Source: Kofleriaceae bacterium (GTDB taxonomy: Bacteria > Myxococcota_A > Polyangia > Haliangiales > Haliangiaceae). Taken from it: 64,000 bases of DNA. A model generated the notes under the pieces. That model did no database searches, was not told where the DNA came from, and saw nothing but the letters and a program-made list of their open reading frames with translations. The position numbers and the translations under genes are program-made. The stretch covers positions 192,001 through 256,000 of the forward strand of contig CBDCCZ010000003.1 in NCBI GenBank assembly GCA_965215005.1, written 5' to 3'. Within the stretch, counting starts at the first letter, position 1. Every line of letters starts with the position of its first letter. Of the stretch, positions 53,396-64,000 are shown one piece after another.

Positions 53396-54958
53396 TCAAA
53401 TGCGCTCACCTCGCGTCACTCGTGCCGTAAGCGAGCGCGCCTGCGCGCGAATCGCCTCGAGCTCTTCCGCAGACTTTCGCTCGAGGTTGCGCAGCTGCAT
53501 CGCCATCCGACGATTGTCGGAGAAGGTCTCGCAGTGACGCGCGAGAAAGTCCCAATAAAGTGTCGTGAAGGGACAGGCGTTCGCGCCAGTGGCGTGACGT
53601 GGCTCGTAGCGGCACTCACGACAGTACCCGGACATGCGCTTGATATAGTTTCCGGAGGCGCAGTAGGGTTTGGTGCCCACGAGGCCACCATCTCCCCATT
53701 GGCTCATGCCGAGCGCGTTGGGCAAGCTCACCCAGTCGATGGCATCGATGTACATTGCCATGTGCCACTCGTGGAACTTGCGTGGATGAACGCCCAGCAG
53801 CTGGCTGAAGAGCCCCAACACCATGAGCCGCTGGATATGATGCGCGTAGCCGTGCTCGATGACCGACTGCATCGCGTCGCGCACACACGCCATGTCGGTC
53901 TCACCGTTCCAGAAAAAGCCTGGGACCTCTCGATCCGCCCGCAGCGCATTGCGCTCCTGGTAGTCGGGCATGTAGCGCCAGTAGACACCACGCACGAATT
54001 CCCGCCAGCCAAGGATCTGGCGTACAAAGCCCTCCACCGCGTTCAGCGGTGCGGCGCCATCGTGATACGCCGTCACCGCCGCCTCCACCGCCTTACGAGG
54101 CGATAACAGCTTGGTATTGAGCAGCGCCGACAATCGCGAGTGGTAAAGAAACTCGCGACCTGGCCACATTGCGTCCTGAAACCTGCCGAACTGCGGCAAG
54201 CGATGCTCGACGAAGTCGCGCAGCAGCGCGAGCGCCTGCGCATGCGTCACCGGCAGCTCGAAATGCTCGAGCGAGCCCGGATGCGCCGCGAATCGCTCGG
54301 CAACGAGCGCGAGCACCTCTTGGGTGATGGCATCGGGATGAAACCGACGCGGCGGCTTACTCCGCTCAGGCCCTGTTGCGGAGAAGCTGTCGCGATTTTC
54401 TTCATCGAAGTTCCACCGGCCGCCTTCGGGCTCATTGTGCCCATGCATCAAGATCCCATGGCGATTGCGCATGAGCCGGTAGAAGCTCTCCAGCACCAGC
54501 GAGCGCTTGCCGTCGGCCCAGCCGTCAAACTCTGCAAACGTGCAGAAAAAGTGGCGGTCAGAAATTACCTCGAGTGGGATCTCTAATGACGCAGCGGCAT
54601 CGCGCAGCTCGGCAAGCACGCGCGCATCGCCCGGCTGGGTGATGACCAGCCGCTCGGGAGCCAGCTCGCGCACGCTGCTCGTCAATACCTCGGTAAAGCT
54701 CTTGCCCAGCTCTCGCTCTGGATCGCTTGAGAGCTCGTGATAATGAACCTGCAGCCCCTGCTCGCGCAGCTCGTCGCGAAAATGGCGCATCGCCGATAAG
54801 AAGAACGCGATGCGCAGCTTGTGACACCAGACATGGGTGAGCTCGCGCTCGACCTCCGCCATCCACACCGCATCGCGCGCCGCATCGAAGTCATCGAACA
54901 CCGCCGCCCAACGATCGAGCTGATCCCCGAGCACCAGCACCAGCTTGCGAACCGCCAT
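53396..54958 (-). CDS. Cryptochrome/photolyase family, FeS-BCP (bacterial 6-4 photolyase-like)
   Basis: [33 protein letters not shown] and KPY; four Cys (MAC, YCREC, ACPF) for a 4Fe-4S cluster. Confidence 0.92.
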   Translation of the reverse strand: MAVRKLVLVLGDQLDRWAAVFDDFDAARDAVWMAEVERELTHVWCHKLRIAFFLSAMRHFRDELREQGLQVHYHELSSDPERELGKSFTEVLTSSVRELAPERLVITQPGDARVLAELRDAAASLEIPLEVISDRHFFCTFAEFDGWADGKRSLVLESFYRLMRNRHGILMHGHNEPEGGRWNFDEENRDSFSATGPERSKPPRRFHPDAITQEVLALVAERFAAHPGSLEHFELPVTHAQALALLRDFVEHRLPQFGRFQDAMWPGREFLYHSRLSALLNTKLLSPRKAVEAAVTAYHDGAAPLNAVEGFVRQILGWREFVRGVYWRYMPDYQERNALRADREVPGFFWNGETDMACVRDAMQSVIEHGYAHHIQRLMVLGLFSQLLGVHPRKFHEWHMAMYIDAIDWVSLPNALGMSQWGDGGLVGTKPYCASGNYIKRMSGYCRECRYEPRHATGANACPFTTLYWDFLARHCETFSDNRRMAMQLRNLERKSAEELEAIRAQARSLTARVTRGERI

Positions 54959-55041
54959 GCCCCTATGATGCGAGCATGCGCCGCCATGTCAGGAGCGCCG
55001 GCACAAAATCGCGCACGACGTATCCTCGACAACCCGCCGCG

Positions 55042-56193
55042 TCATTCCGCCGCAGCAGTCGGGCTGCTCGTGCGGCTACCGAGGCTCTCGCGATAGATTG
55101 CCCGATGCGCCGCCAGAACGTGCTCCCATCCAAAGGAGCTGCGAGCGCGCGCAGCGGCGGCTATTCCCAGCGATCGTGCGCGTGCCGGCTCCCGAGCGAG
55201 CGCGATCGCCACGGCCGCCAGCTCCGGCGCCTCACACAGCAGACTATCGACGCCGCTGGTGATGGCTTCTTCTACGCCACCGGAGCGGGTCGCTATAACC
55301 GCGACGCCCTGCGCCATCGCCTCGCGCACCACCAATCCGAAGGTCTCTAGGCGACTTGGCGACAGCAAGATATCGGATTCGGCATAGAGTCGCGTGACAG
55401 CAGCCGGCTCGAGCCATCCCAGCAGCTCGCAGCGGTCGCGAGCTCGCGCGTCGAGAGCATCGAAGCGCGCACGCCAGCGGCGCTCGGCCCGCGGATTGGC
55501 CGGCAAGCCACCCGCAATGCGAATCACAGCCGTCGGCAGCGCGGCAGCGAGGATCGGCAACAGCTCGAGCAGCTCTTCGATGCCGCAGACGTCGGCGAAG
55601 CGGCCCACATACGCTATCCGCGGCGCGTCGCCAACGGCCTCGCGGCGCTCTTGCACAGCGAGCGACACTCCCAGCGGCGCGATGCGCAGCCGTTTCCAAG
55701 CGCTCGCATAGCTCGCGGTCAATCGCTCCGCACAAAACCGCGACGGCGCGCTCACCAAGTCGGCTTGCGCCACGGCGCGATCTTGCGCAAGCGAGCTCTG
55801 CGTCGGTTGCGACAGGCGGCGCAGGCGATCCTGCTCGCGCTGCAAGACGTGCACGCTGAGCACCGTCGCCGCCCCGAGGCGCTGCGCAAGTGAATGCCCG
55901 AAGTCCCACAGTAAATCGTGATGCACGACGATGACCTCTGACTGCATCGCGACGGCCGCTTCGAAGGCTGTTTGCAGCTGCGCCGAGCTGTGCACCCGAA
56001 GCACGCTGGCACCCTCGAGCTGATCGCGCTCGAGCGGCTTTGCAGTCACCGCGCGCGCGCGGTAGTCGTCAAATGACACGGCCGCCACGGAATCGCCGGC
56101 GGCGCGCTGCGCTCGCAGCAAACCGCCCACCGCGCTCGAAATGCCGCCGTTGCCACGCGGCGGCAGATCGCGCGTTATGTGCAGGACGCGCAT
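55042..56193 (-). CDS. Glycosyltransferase family 4
   Basis: PPRGNGG, YVGR and ETFGLVVREAMAQG. Confidence 0.9.
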   Translation of the reverse strand: MRVLHITRDLPPRGNGGISSAVGGLLRAQRAAGDSVAAVSFDDYRARAVTAKPLERDQLEGASVLRVHSSAQLQTAFEAAVAMQSEVIVVHHDLLWDFGHSLAQRLGAATVLSVHVLQREQDRLRRLSQPTQSSLAQDRAVAQADLVSAPSRFCAERLTASYASAWKRLRIAPLGVSLAVQERREAVGDAPRIAYVGRFADVCGIEELLELLPILAAALPTAVIRIAGGLPANPRAERRWRARFDALDARARDRCELLGWLEPAAVTRLYAESDILLSPSRLETFGLVVREAMAQGVAVIATRSGGVEEAITSGVDSLLCEAPELAAVAIALAREPARARSLGIAAAARARSSFGWEHVLAAHRAIYRESLGSRTSSPTAAAE

Positions 56194-56305
56194 TCGTACT
56201 GCCCCTTTGAGGTTCCGCGTGCGACTGCGCCGCAGCGCCCTCCGAAAGCAACAAAGCCGCCGCCGAGACGATCGGCGACGGCTTCCCTGTTTCAACGACT
56301 GCTTG

Positions 56306-57999
56306 CTACTGCGCCGTCTGCGCGCCTGCGGCCGGAGCCGTCGCGCTCACCGACGTCGGCTGCGGCGAGAACGACAGCGGCAGAACGACCTTCGTGGTGC
56401 CCGGTACATTGCGCCCTGGGAACGTCCAGGTGTTCGCATCCTGCGCGATGCACTGCGCAACCGCTGCCATGCCGTCTTCGCCGGCGGCAGGCTCGGTGTT
56501 GACACCGGTAACTGCTCCAGTGGCATCGAGCTCGAGGGTAACCTTAACGGCTCCTTGCAGCTCTGGGTTGGCCTGCAGCACCGACTCGTAACACGCCTGG
56601 ACCGCGAGCAGCCGCATGTCCACGCGCTCCTTCATGCGCTCGACCTCGTGCTTACCCTTGGCCGTCGCCGCGCTCTGCCGGGTCTCATCGAGACGAGCCG
56701 CATAGGTTTTGATCTCGCCTGCATTGGCAGGAGCCGGCTGAATGGCGAGGTAGTAATCGTAGAGCTTCTTCGCCGGCGCGTAGTACGCCTCGTCGTACGT
56801 GGTTGCGTAGATGGTGTGAAAGTGGATGGCAATCTTGCCCATCGAGTCGACCACCGCGGCCACGTTGTTGGGATCGCACTCCGCACACGTCGCAGCGATT
56901 TGATGCGCTTCGATCAACGCGTCGGCGGTCTCGCTGGGTTGGTTAAGGCGCAGGTGATAGTTGGCCTCGCGAAACTTCGCATTGAGCAGCTCATTCGGCG
57001 GCACCTGGCCTTCCTTCACTGCAATGGCGGCATCGAGCGCGGCGATGGCTCGCTCGAAGCTACCGATGTTGGCGAGGTTGTCCTGGAGCAGGAACAGCCA
57101 TACGTACTGCGCCTGCGCCGGATCCGCCCCTTTGGCCGCGAGCGCCGCATACAGCGCCTGTGCTTCCTCTACGGAGGCTCCCGTGCGGGCGTAGAACCGA
57201 TGCATGTCTTCGACGATGATCGGCGCGGTCGCGGTGTTGCTCCAGCCGCGCACCGCCATGCCGATGAGCTCACGCGCCTTGTCATAGTTACGCGCGCGAA
57301 ATTCAGCCCAGGCTTTTACGTAGGCTGCATCGGGGTTGGGGCTGGCGGGGTCGATCTCGATCTGGCTAGCAAGCTGCTGCGCCTCTTCGTTGTTGCCCTG
57401 GCGCATCATGATGTATGCGAGCCACGTGCGCGACTGCTGAACCGCTTGCGCCGAGCCCTCTTGAGCGCCGTACTTGTCGACGTGCATGCGAAGCGCCTCG
57501 GCGGCTTCGTTCCAGTTGCCGAGCTGGCCCTCGAGAGCCGCCAGCATGCGCAGCGTGGTCTCGCTGACCTCATCGGCGCGCTCTGCTCGCACTTCGCGCA
57601 GCACCTCGAGCATGCGTGCTTGCTGGCCTGTGCCTGGTCGGCGCTACCCGCCGCTTCTTGCTTCTTTGCTTCGTCCCAGAGCACGGAGGCCAGCTTTTGG
57701 CCTTCGACCTCTTTTGCCGCGCCGCTCGCGCGTTGATAGGAACGCTCGAGCCCTTTGACGTTCGGCCGGCCCTTGACCACGACCTTGATCATGTTCGGCT
57801 CGCCGAGCGCTTCAGGCTGGAAGACGACACCCTGCACGGGCATCTCCGTCAGCTCGACCACCGTATCCTCGCCGGTTGCCTTGTTACCTTCCGCCTGATC
57901 GGGGGTCGTTGGCTGTTCTTGCGTGCCGCCGCAAGCGGTGGTCATCGCTGCCGCGGCAACGAGCGCGGCCATTAGATTGCTAAGTCGATTGTTCAACAC
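56306..57999 (-). pseudogene. TPR-like lipoprotein with an AgmX/PglI-like C-terminal domain, frameshifted near 57615
   Basis: The 5' ORF carries a TTAC lipobox; the 3' ORF is helical and ends VQACYE...NPELQGAV...GAV...CI...WTFP; adding one base joins them. Confidence 0.65.
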
Positions 58000-58161
58000 C
58001 GTATTCTCCCTGCTGTGAACGCAAACGTCGGCGCGGCGTAGGCCTTACGGATCTGGCGTGGGATATCACGACCCGCCCGCCAGATAAAGCCGCTTGGGCC
58101 AGGAGTTGGTCACGCGCCAGCGACTGGCCGCTGCGTGCGCTTCGCGATAGACTCGGGCGCA

Positions 58162-58380
58162 GTGCGTCGCTCCTGCCTCGTCCTCTCGATTCTCGCAGTG
58201 ATGGGGCTACTCCCGGGCTGCGCTCGCGTCAAGCCATATGAGCGCGAGCATCTCTCCCGCCGGTCGATGATCACCGACCGAGATGCCGGCGAGCGCCGGT
58301 TCGGCCAACATCAAGCCGGCTCGCGAGAAGGCGCCGATGGCGGCACTGGCGAGCCCGGCGGCGGCTGCGGATGCAATTGA
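58162..58380 (+). CDS. DUF4266-like small lipoprotein
   Basis: LPGC lipobox, VKPYERE and a GGGCGCN C-terminus. Confidence 0.88.
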   Translation: MRRSCLVLSILAVMGLLPGCARVKPYEREHLSRRSMITDRDAGERRFGQHQAGSREGADGGTGEPGGGCGCN

Positions 58381-59477
58381 TGCGGCCGCTTCGCGAGCTC
58401 TGCGTCGTGGTGCTCGCGCTGGGCCTGTCGGCCGTTTCAGCGCAGCGGGTCAGCGCCGATGGCGAGGTCTCAATGCGCGGCGCCTATTATAAGGAGGAGG
58501 CGACTCGGGTGGTCCAACCGATGCTCGACGCTCGCTTCGACGTCGGCGATGACGGCGAGCTCGCGACGCACGGACTGATCGATGCAATTACCTCTGCGTC
58601 CGTGGCGGCCGGTGCGGCGGCAGAGCCGTTCACCGAGCGCCGCTACGAAGCGGGAGCTGCTTACAGCCATCGGCTCGAGGACCTCGTGCTGGGCGGCAGC
58701 GCGCGGTACAGCGACGAGCCCGATTACCAGTCGATCTTCGTCTCCCTGCGCGGCGAGCTGGCGTTGGCGCAGGACAACACCTTGGTCGGCGCCGCCCTCG
58801 CCCGCGGCGCCGATGACATTAGCAACGCGGGTGCTCGCGGCGGTCTTGGCGAACCAATCAGCGGCGAGCTTTCGACCACGCTGGGCTCCCTCTCGATCAC
58901 CCAGCTGCTCTCACCAACCACGCTGATCGGCGCAACCTACGACCTCATGTACCTGAGCGGATTCCAGGAAAATCCTTACCGCACCGTCATCGCCGGCGGC
59001 ACCGCGCAACCGGAACGCGTTCCCGCGACCCGCTGGCGTCATGCCGTGTTCGCCAGCGCGCGGCGGTTCGTGCCCAATACCCGAACCACCGTGTTTGGCG
59101 GCTATCGCTTCTACACCGACGACTGGGGCATCATAGCCCACACGCCCGAGCTACGCGTCATTCAGGAGCTGCGCACGGGACTCGAGCTGTCGGTGCGCGG
59201 TCGCTTCCATACTCAACGCGCCGCCGACTTCTTTCGCGACATTTACGACACCGACGATCCCAACGTCGAGCCTTACCTCACCGATGATGAAAAGCTCAGC
59301 GCGTTTCACAGCTATCACCTCGGCGTCAAAGCAGACGTGCTCCTTGGCATCCTCGGCGTGCACGGCGACTGGAGCCGCGCGCGCGCCGAGTTGCTCGCAG
59401 AATACATCGTGCAAGACAATGACTTCGGCAATGCAGTTCAAGCACAAGCAGCACTCACCATCCCGTTCGATTATTAG
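58380..59477 (+). CDS. DUF3570-like outer-membrane beta-barrel protein
   Basis: DAITSAS, SDEPDYQS, NPYR, ERVP..R and YRFYTDDWGI; TGATG coupling to the DUF4266-like gene. Confidence 0.85.
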   Translation: MRPLRELCVVVLALGLSAVSAQRVSADGEVSMRGAYYKEEATRVVQPMLDARFDVGDDGELATHGLIDAITSASVAAGAAAEPFTERRYEAGAAYSHRLEDLVLGGSARYSDEPDYQSIFVSLRGELALAQDNTLVGAALARGADDISNAGARGGLGEPISGELSTTLGSLSITQLLSPTTLIGATYDLMYLSGFQENPYRTVIAGGTAQPERVPATRWRHAVFASARRFVPNTRTTVFGGYRFYTDDWGIIAHTPELRVIQELRTGLELSVRGRFHTQRAADFFRDIYDTDDPNVEPYLTDDEKLSAFHSYHLGVKADVLLGILGVHGDWSRARAELLAEYIVQDNDFGNAVQAQAALTIPFDY

Positions 59478-60012
59478 TCTGGTCATGCTGCTCGGCGCAG
59501 CCGGCTGCTCCGGCGACGATCGAGTGTGCGGCTCCGCTGATGCGCCCGCCGACGGTCTCACGCTCATGATCGACGGGCAGGCGTTCACCTACGGCGGCGC
59601 CACCTCGTCACCCAACAACGACTGCACCCCGGTGCAGGGCCAAGAACCAACGAGCCTAACGGTCGACCTACGCCAGCTCACGCCGACGCCGCCGGCGGAG
59701 CGATTGCTGGTGTTGTGTCTGCCGCGCCCCGATGCGCTCGGCGAAGAACCAATCGCCATTCCCAGCGAAGAGCTGGTGCAATTGATCGACATCTTCGCCG
59801 AAGCCGACGACTGCTTCATCAGCTTGGATCGCAGCGCCAGCTCCACTGGCACCGCGACCTTCATCGGCTTCTGCGACGCGGGCTCGCACCCGGATGGCTA
59901 TGCGCTCGAGCTCGAGGGCAGCTTCGCTGGCACTCGCACCTGCGAGGGCCAAGCCATGGAAAGCGTGCGCATCGAGCTCGACGGCCGCGTCGCCGTCAAC
60001 CCGCTGCTATAG
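59431..60012 (+). CDS. Hypothetical Cys-containing lipoprotein
   Basis: AAGC lipobox; third gene of the operon. Start is uncertain. Confidence 0.65.
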   Translation: MQFKHKQHSPSRSIISLVMLLGAAGCSGDDRVCGSADAPADGLTLMIDGQAFTYGGATSSPNNDCTPVQGQEPTSLTVDLRQLTPTPPAERLLVLCLPRPDALGEEPIAIPSEELVQLIDIFAEADDCFISLDRSASSTGTATFIGFCDAGSHPDGYALELEGSFAGTRTCEGQAMESVRIELDGRVAVNPLL

Positions 60013-60023
60013 GCGCTGCGCCG

Positions 60024-61616
60024 TCACGGCAAGACCCCCACGGCATCCACCAGCGGCGCGAGCCCCGCGCGCGCCAGTCGCCGTAGCCCTTCCGATTCAC
60101 CCACCACCTGCGCCAAGCTCGGACCAAACGTGTAGTAGGCCTCGACCAACAGCTCGCCGGCGACATTGGAGCGCAGATACCGGTCGCGAAACTGCCGCAG
60201 CATGTGCACGTCCGCGGCCATCAGCGAGCCATAGGCAGCGGTAGCGACGAAGCAAGCATCGACGGTGCCGTTCTCGCGCTGCGGCGTCGTGATTTGAAAC
60301 GTGGCCACCGGACCGACGTTCTTGCACTCATCGTAGGCGCGAATCGCCAAGTAATAGTTGGTGCTCGGCAGCATCTCTTGCACCTCGAACGACTGCTTGG
60401 TGCCCGGCGCTGCGGGCGCAAGAGTCACCGGCGCCGGCGTCATGTCCTCGAAGTTGTCCTCGGTGATCGGCTCGCCCGCCGAAAGCCGAACGTCGTAGCC
60501 AGAAATCAAGCCGGTCTCGCCATCGTCACCCGGCGCCACCAGCTCGACCAACGCCCCCGACTGCGTCACGTCGAGCACCTCGAGCTGCGTCACCTCACCC
60601 GGCCGTTGCTCGTCAGCCGACGGTCGCGCCGCGACCTTCACGCGATACATCTCATCCCCTTCATCGACCAGGAGCAGTCGGCTCGCCCCAGATCCCGGCG
60701 TGCCGGTGGTGATCGTGGTGTCGGGTGCGAACAACATGCCGCTGGCTCCATCGGGATCGCCATAGCCAGCGTAGTCGACCGTCATCGCGATGGTTTCCTC
60801 GGTCGCGATTGCGATGGGTACCCGGTAAACGACCGAGGGCTGGCCGCGATACGGCAGCCCGTACTCGGAGTACGAAATCGCCAAGGGTGCGGGGTAATCG
60901 TAGAAGGCATTCTGATCGAACTCTTTAGCGACCTCGACCCAAACTACATACTCGCCTGCCGGGAGATTCTCGGGAATCTTCCAGCCGACGCGAAACGGCT
61001 CGCCGCCCGGTGGAGTGGCGCGCGAGACGCTGTCGAATGGGTTCAAGCTCGAAAATCTCGCGACATCATTGGAGTCGACTGGGTCACCTGCAACGAGATC
61101 AGAACGGGGCGGATAGTTGCTGGTCTCCGTGGCGCTGAAGGCGCCTTTGTCCGTGTACACCGTAGAAGCACAGGATTGCGCATCCCACGCGGCTTCGCCC
61201 TCTTTGAGCGGACGGCAGTAAAATGACTCGGCACTGGACTGCCCCAGCTGATGCGACAAGTTGTTGTCATTGCCGTCCTGAAACACCACCAGCGGCCACT
61301 CCATTCCGTGGCGATGCGCCCACACCGGAAACGTCGAGATGCGGCGCCCGTACGGCCACCGCCACGCGCTATTGAACTCCATGATTCCCGGCCGATTGCC
61401 GAGCCCGTAGGTGCCCGTGAGCCGCGAGATGTAAAGCGTCTCCACGTAATTGCCGGCGACGTCTTCGAGCCACACCACGATTTGCAGCTCGGCAGTGGGG
61501 ATCATCTCGAGCTCGACCACGCGACACTCAGAGACCTCTTCGGCTGCTTGCACCGGTGCCGATGCGCCCGCAAGAACCGCTGCGCACGCAGCGACACGCC
61601 AACCGCTTGAACCCAT
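60024..61616 (-). CDS. Secreted protein with a DUF2271-like N-terminal region, FN3 domain and CFI-box-CTERM
   Basis: QIVVWLED..GNYVETLY and DSVSRATP; APGDDG...YYLAIRAYD; CFVATAAYGS..LRQFRD.YL..YY.FGP. Confidence 0.75.
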   Translation of the reverse strand: MGSSGWRVAACAAVLAGASAPVQAAEEVSECRVVELEMIPTAELQIVVWLEDVAGNYVETLYISRLTGTYGLGNRPGIMEFNSAWRWPYGRRISTFPVWAHRHGMEWPLVVFQDGNDNNLSHQLGQSSAESFYCRPLKEGEAAWDAQSCASTVYTDKGAFSATETSNYPPRSDLVAGDPVDSNDVARFSSLNPFDSVSRATPPGGEPFRVGWKIPENLPAGEYVVWVEVAKEFDQNAFYDYPAPLAISYSEYGLPYRGQPSVVYRVPIAIATEETIAMTVDYAGYGDPDGASGMLFAPDTTITTGTPGSGASRLLLVDEGDEMYRVKVAARPSADEQRPGEVTQLEVLDVTQSGALVELVAPGDDGETGLISGYDVRLSAGEPITEDNFEDMTPAPVTLAPAAPGTKQSFEVQEMLPSTNYYLAIRAYDECKNVGPVATFQITTPQRENGTVDACFVATAAYGSLMAADVHMLRQFRDRYLRSNVAGELLVEAYYTFGPSLAQVVGESEGLRRLARAGLAPLVDAVGVLP

Positions 61617-61762
61617 GACTCAGCATTATTGCTGACCTACGCTTGGCGACAAGCCCGGGACCTCACACACCAGTGCCGGGGCCTCTGAGCCTACCCTCGC
61701 GTTTCGCCCGTCTGCGTCCCCGCTTGCCGGATGCCGGTAAATCTCGCAAGCTGCTGCCGCTC

Positions 61763-62335
61763 GTGTACCGCCGCCTGTCGTCTCGTTTCTTCCGCCGCGA
61801 CCCGGAAACTCTCGCCCGCGCACTGCTCGGCAAGCGTCTGGTCTGCGGAGGTCGCAGTGGGCTCATCGTCGAGACCGAGGCGTATCTCGGACCCCAGGAC
61901 CGAGCCAGCCATGCACGGTTTGGCAAGACCCGCCGCAACGCGGTGATGTTTGGGCCTGGCGGTGTCTCCTATGTCTACCTCTGCTATGGCATCTACGAGC
62001 TTTTCAACGTGGTCGCGGGTAGCGACGGCGACCCCGGCGCGGTGCTGGTGCGCGCGCTGGCCCTAGCGCCCGAACAAGGCAGCGACCATCGGGTGGCTCA
62101 AGGCCCCGGCAAGCTCACCCGAGCCCTTGGTATCACGCGCGCCCACAGCGGCATCGAGCTCGCCGCCAGCGACGAGCTCTTCATCGCCGCCGGCCGTCGC
62201 GTTGCCGCCAGCGAAGTTGCCGCCGGACCGCGCATTGGCGTGGACTACGCGGGCGATTGGGCGCTTGCCCCGCTGCGATTTTGGCTCGCCGAGCACCCCG
62301 CAGTCTCCGGCCCGAGCAGGCGCCGCAATCGCTGA
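61763..62335 (+). CDS. mpg: DNA-3-methyladenine glycosylase (MPG/AAG)
   Basis: [26 protein letters not shown] and PRIGV. Confidence 0.93.
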   Translation: MYRRLSSRFFRRDPETLARALLGKRLVCGGRSGLIVETEAYLGPQDRASHARFGKTRRNAVMFGPGGVSYVYLCYGIYELFNVVAGSDGDPGAVLVRALALAPEQGSDHRVAQGPGKLTRALGITRAHSGIELAASDELFIAAGRRVAASEVAAGPRIGVDYAGDWALAPLRFWLAEHPAVSGPSRRRNR

Positions 62336-62377
62336 CTCAGGCGTTGCGCGTTGCCTCCCGGGCTTCATACTGCGTGA

Positions 62378-62708
62378 GTGCCAACGGTCACGTTTCAACG
62401 CCCCGCAGACGAAGGCGGCGTCGCCACCATCGAGTGCAGCAGCGGCGAGAGCGTGTTTCCTCGTGGGACAGCGCGCCGACGTGCGCATCGAGACGGCGTG
62501 CGTTGGCAAGGGAACCTGCGGGCTGTGTCGAGTCCGCATTCGCGACGGGGAGCATCATCTCAGCGAATACAGCGAGATCGAAGAGAAACACCTGGGCAAC
62601 CTGTATCATCTGACGAAGCTGCGGCTCGCGTGCCAGGCAGTCGTCACCGGCGGCGACGTGATTGTCGAACCCGCTCCCAAGCGACGGTCGGCGAAAACAA
62701 AGCGGTAA
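62378..62708 (+). pseudogene. 2Fe-2S ferredoxin with a frameshift at 62456-62460
   Basis: MPTVTF...GESVF in one frame, then CVGKGTCGLC...RLACQ in the next frame. Confidence 0.8.
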
Positions 62709-62754
62709 AGGTTCCGGCGTGAGTCGGAAACGAATCACGCGGCGTCGTAGTAAA

Positions 62755-64000
62755 TCAGAGTTTTGCGCGCACTTTGGTGGTCTCGCCCTGCCGAATGTCG
62801 ACGGTCAAGCTCGACTGCTGGCGGGTCACCGGGTTGACGAGCTTGAGGCGATGGCGGCCGGTGGGCAGAGTGAGCGGCTCACGAGTGGTGGCCCGGCCGA
62901 TTTTTCGGCCTCGCCAGTAGATCTCGGCCCATCCTTCGTCGACAAAGATGAGCACGCTACCTTGCGGAGTGCGCGCCTTGCGCAGCTCGCGGGTGATGGC
63001 CGTGACCTCACCAGCCGCCAAGTCGACCGTGGCGCTCGCCGGCTGATATCCCGGCAGGGTCAGGGTCACCGCGCGCTCGTTGCCCGGCGCCAAATCGACG
63101 GCTTCCAGCGGCGTGACGCCCAGAACCTCGCCGTCGACGGATACCGTGGCGCCCGGTGGAGTTGTCGCGACCCGCAAGCTCGACCGCGTAGGCACCAGCT
63201 GTGCGCGCACTCGCACGGTCTGGCCGGCGGGAATGCTGATCTGCTCATCGACGAATCGGCGATAGCCGGGCAGCTCAACGGCAAGCTCATGGGCCCGATC
63301 GGGCGCTACGTCCACCGACAGCGGCGTTTGGCCCGCGAGCGCCTCGCCGTCGATGTAAACGGTTGCACCCGAAGGCAGCGATGCCACCAGCAGCGTTGCG
63401 CGGCCGAGCGGCGCGCCGGCGTCTGCGAGCGCCACGGCTACCCGCCCACCAGTCCGTTCTCGGCCGTCCAGACCAAACACCGCCACCCCGAGCACCGCCA
63501 ACGCGCCGCCCGCCAACGCGATCCAAGGCCACCGTGACGGTGGTCGCGCAACCGCCAGCGCGGTCGCTGCGGTGCCGGAGCGGTCGTGAATCATCGCACC
63601 GACACTGCCCGAGCGCTTGCCCTTGAGCGCCGAAGGGCCCGCGGCGATGGTCTGCTCGGTCTCGACGGAATCGAGCTCCCACATCGTGATGCCGTCTTCG
63701 CCGAGCCCGACCTTGACGAACGAGGCCGACTGATCGCCTTGCGCCGGCTCCGTACGGCGATCGAGCAGCTCGGGCTCACTGCTCGGTCGCGCGATCGGCT
63801 CGGCTCGCGCGGCCGGAATGGGCGCGACGCGCAGTGCATCGCCCACCGCGGTGTGACGGGCCACGTCACCGCTGTCGCCCAATTGCTGCCGAATCAAATC
63901 ATCGAGCCCGGACGCGGGCGCAGACGGACCTTGCTGCGCCTCCTGCCTCTCGCCCACCTGGGCAAGAGCCTCGGCGACATCGAGATCGGTGGCCACGATG
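62755..64000 (-). CDS. PEGA-domain membrane protein, 5'-partial (probably the C-terminus of a Ser/Thr kinase)
   Basis: TM helix followed by SLPSGATVYIDG and TTPPGATVSVDG..LGVTPL repeats; runs off the right edge. Confidence 0.8.
   Translation of the reverse strand, partial: IVATDLDVAEALAQVGERQEAQQGPSAPASGLDDLIRQQLGDSGDVARHTAVGDALRVAPIPAARAEPIARPSSEPELLDRRTEPAQGDQSASFVKVGLGEDGITMWELDSVETEQTIAAGPSALKGKRSGSVGAMIHDRSGTAATALAVARPPSRWPWIALAGGALAVLGVAVFGLDGRERTGGRVAVALADAGAPLGRATLLVASLPSGATVYIDGEALAGQTPLSVDVAPDRAHELAVELPGYRRFVDEQISIPAGQTVRVRAQLVPTRSSLRVATTPPGATVSVDGEVLGVTPLEAVDLAPGNERAVTLTLPGYQPASATVDLAAGEVTAITRELRKARTPQGSVLIFVDEGWAEIYWRGRKIGRATTREPLTLPTGRHRLKLVNPVTRQQSSLTVDIRQGETTKVRAKL

Noticed and set aside
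49994..62335. tdk, photolyase and mpg as a DNA-repair or defence island
   Set aside because: Scattered among unrelated genes with no operon structure.

Overview
High-GC (roughly two-thirds by eye) bacterial chromosome segment, most likely Myxococcota, judged from MYXO-CTERM tags, an M36 peptidase, a Ser/Thr kinase-ATPase, an AgmX/PglI-like domain, PEGA repeats and an MFE-2-like enzyme. It holds housekeeping and metabolic genes (ychF, tdk, thiolase plus HAD/ECH, mpg, an FeS-BCP photolyase), several two-component proteins and many secreted or lipid-anchored proteins. A mosaic mobile zone at about 28.8-34.2 kb contains an IS66 interrupted by an ISKra4-like IS, an orphan IS66 end and truncated flanking genes. 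The best candidate for an undescribed system is a 1881-aa Cys-rich surface ORF whose internal MYXO-CTERM sorting tag runs in frame into a lipoprotein signal peptide, so it may be a polyprotein yielding two separately anchored surface proteins. Other notable signals are a DUF4266/DUF3570 operon converging on a DUF2271-like protein with no apbE in the window, a ~100-bp dispersed repeat translated as a kinase tail, a trypsin-SLH lipoprotein, a perfect TetR operator and two single-base frameshifts. No rRNA, tRNA or CRISPR array was recognised. All family assignments come from motif recognition by eye, not database searches.
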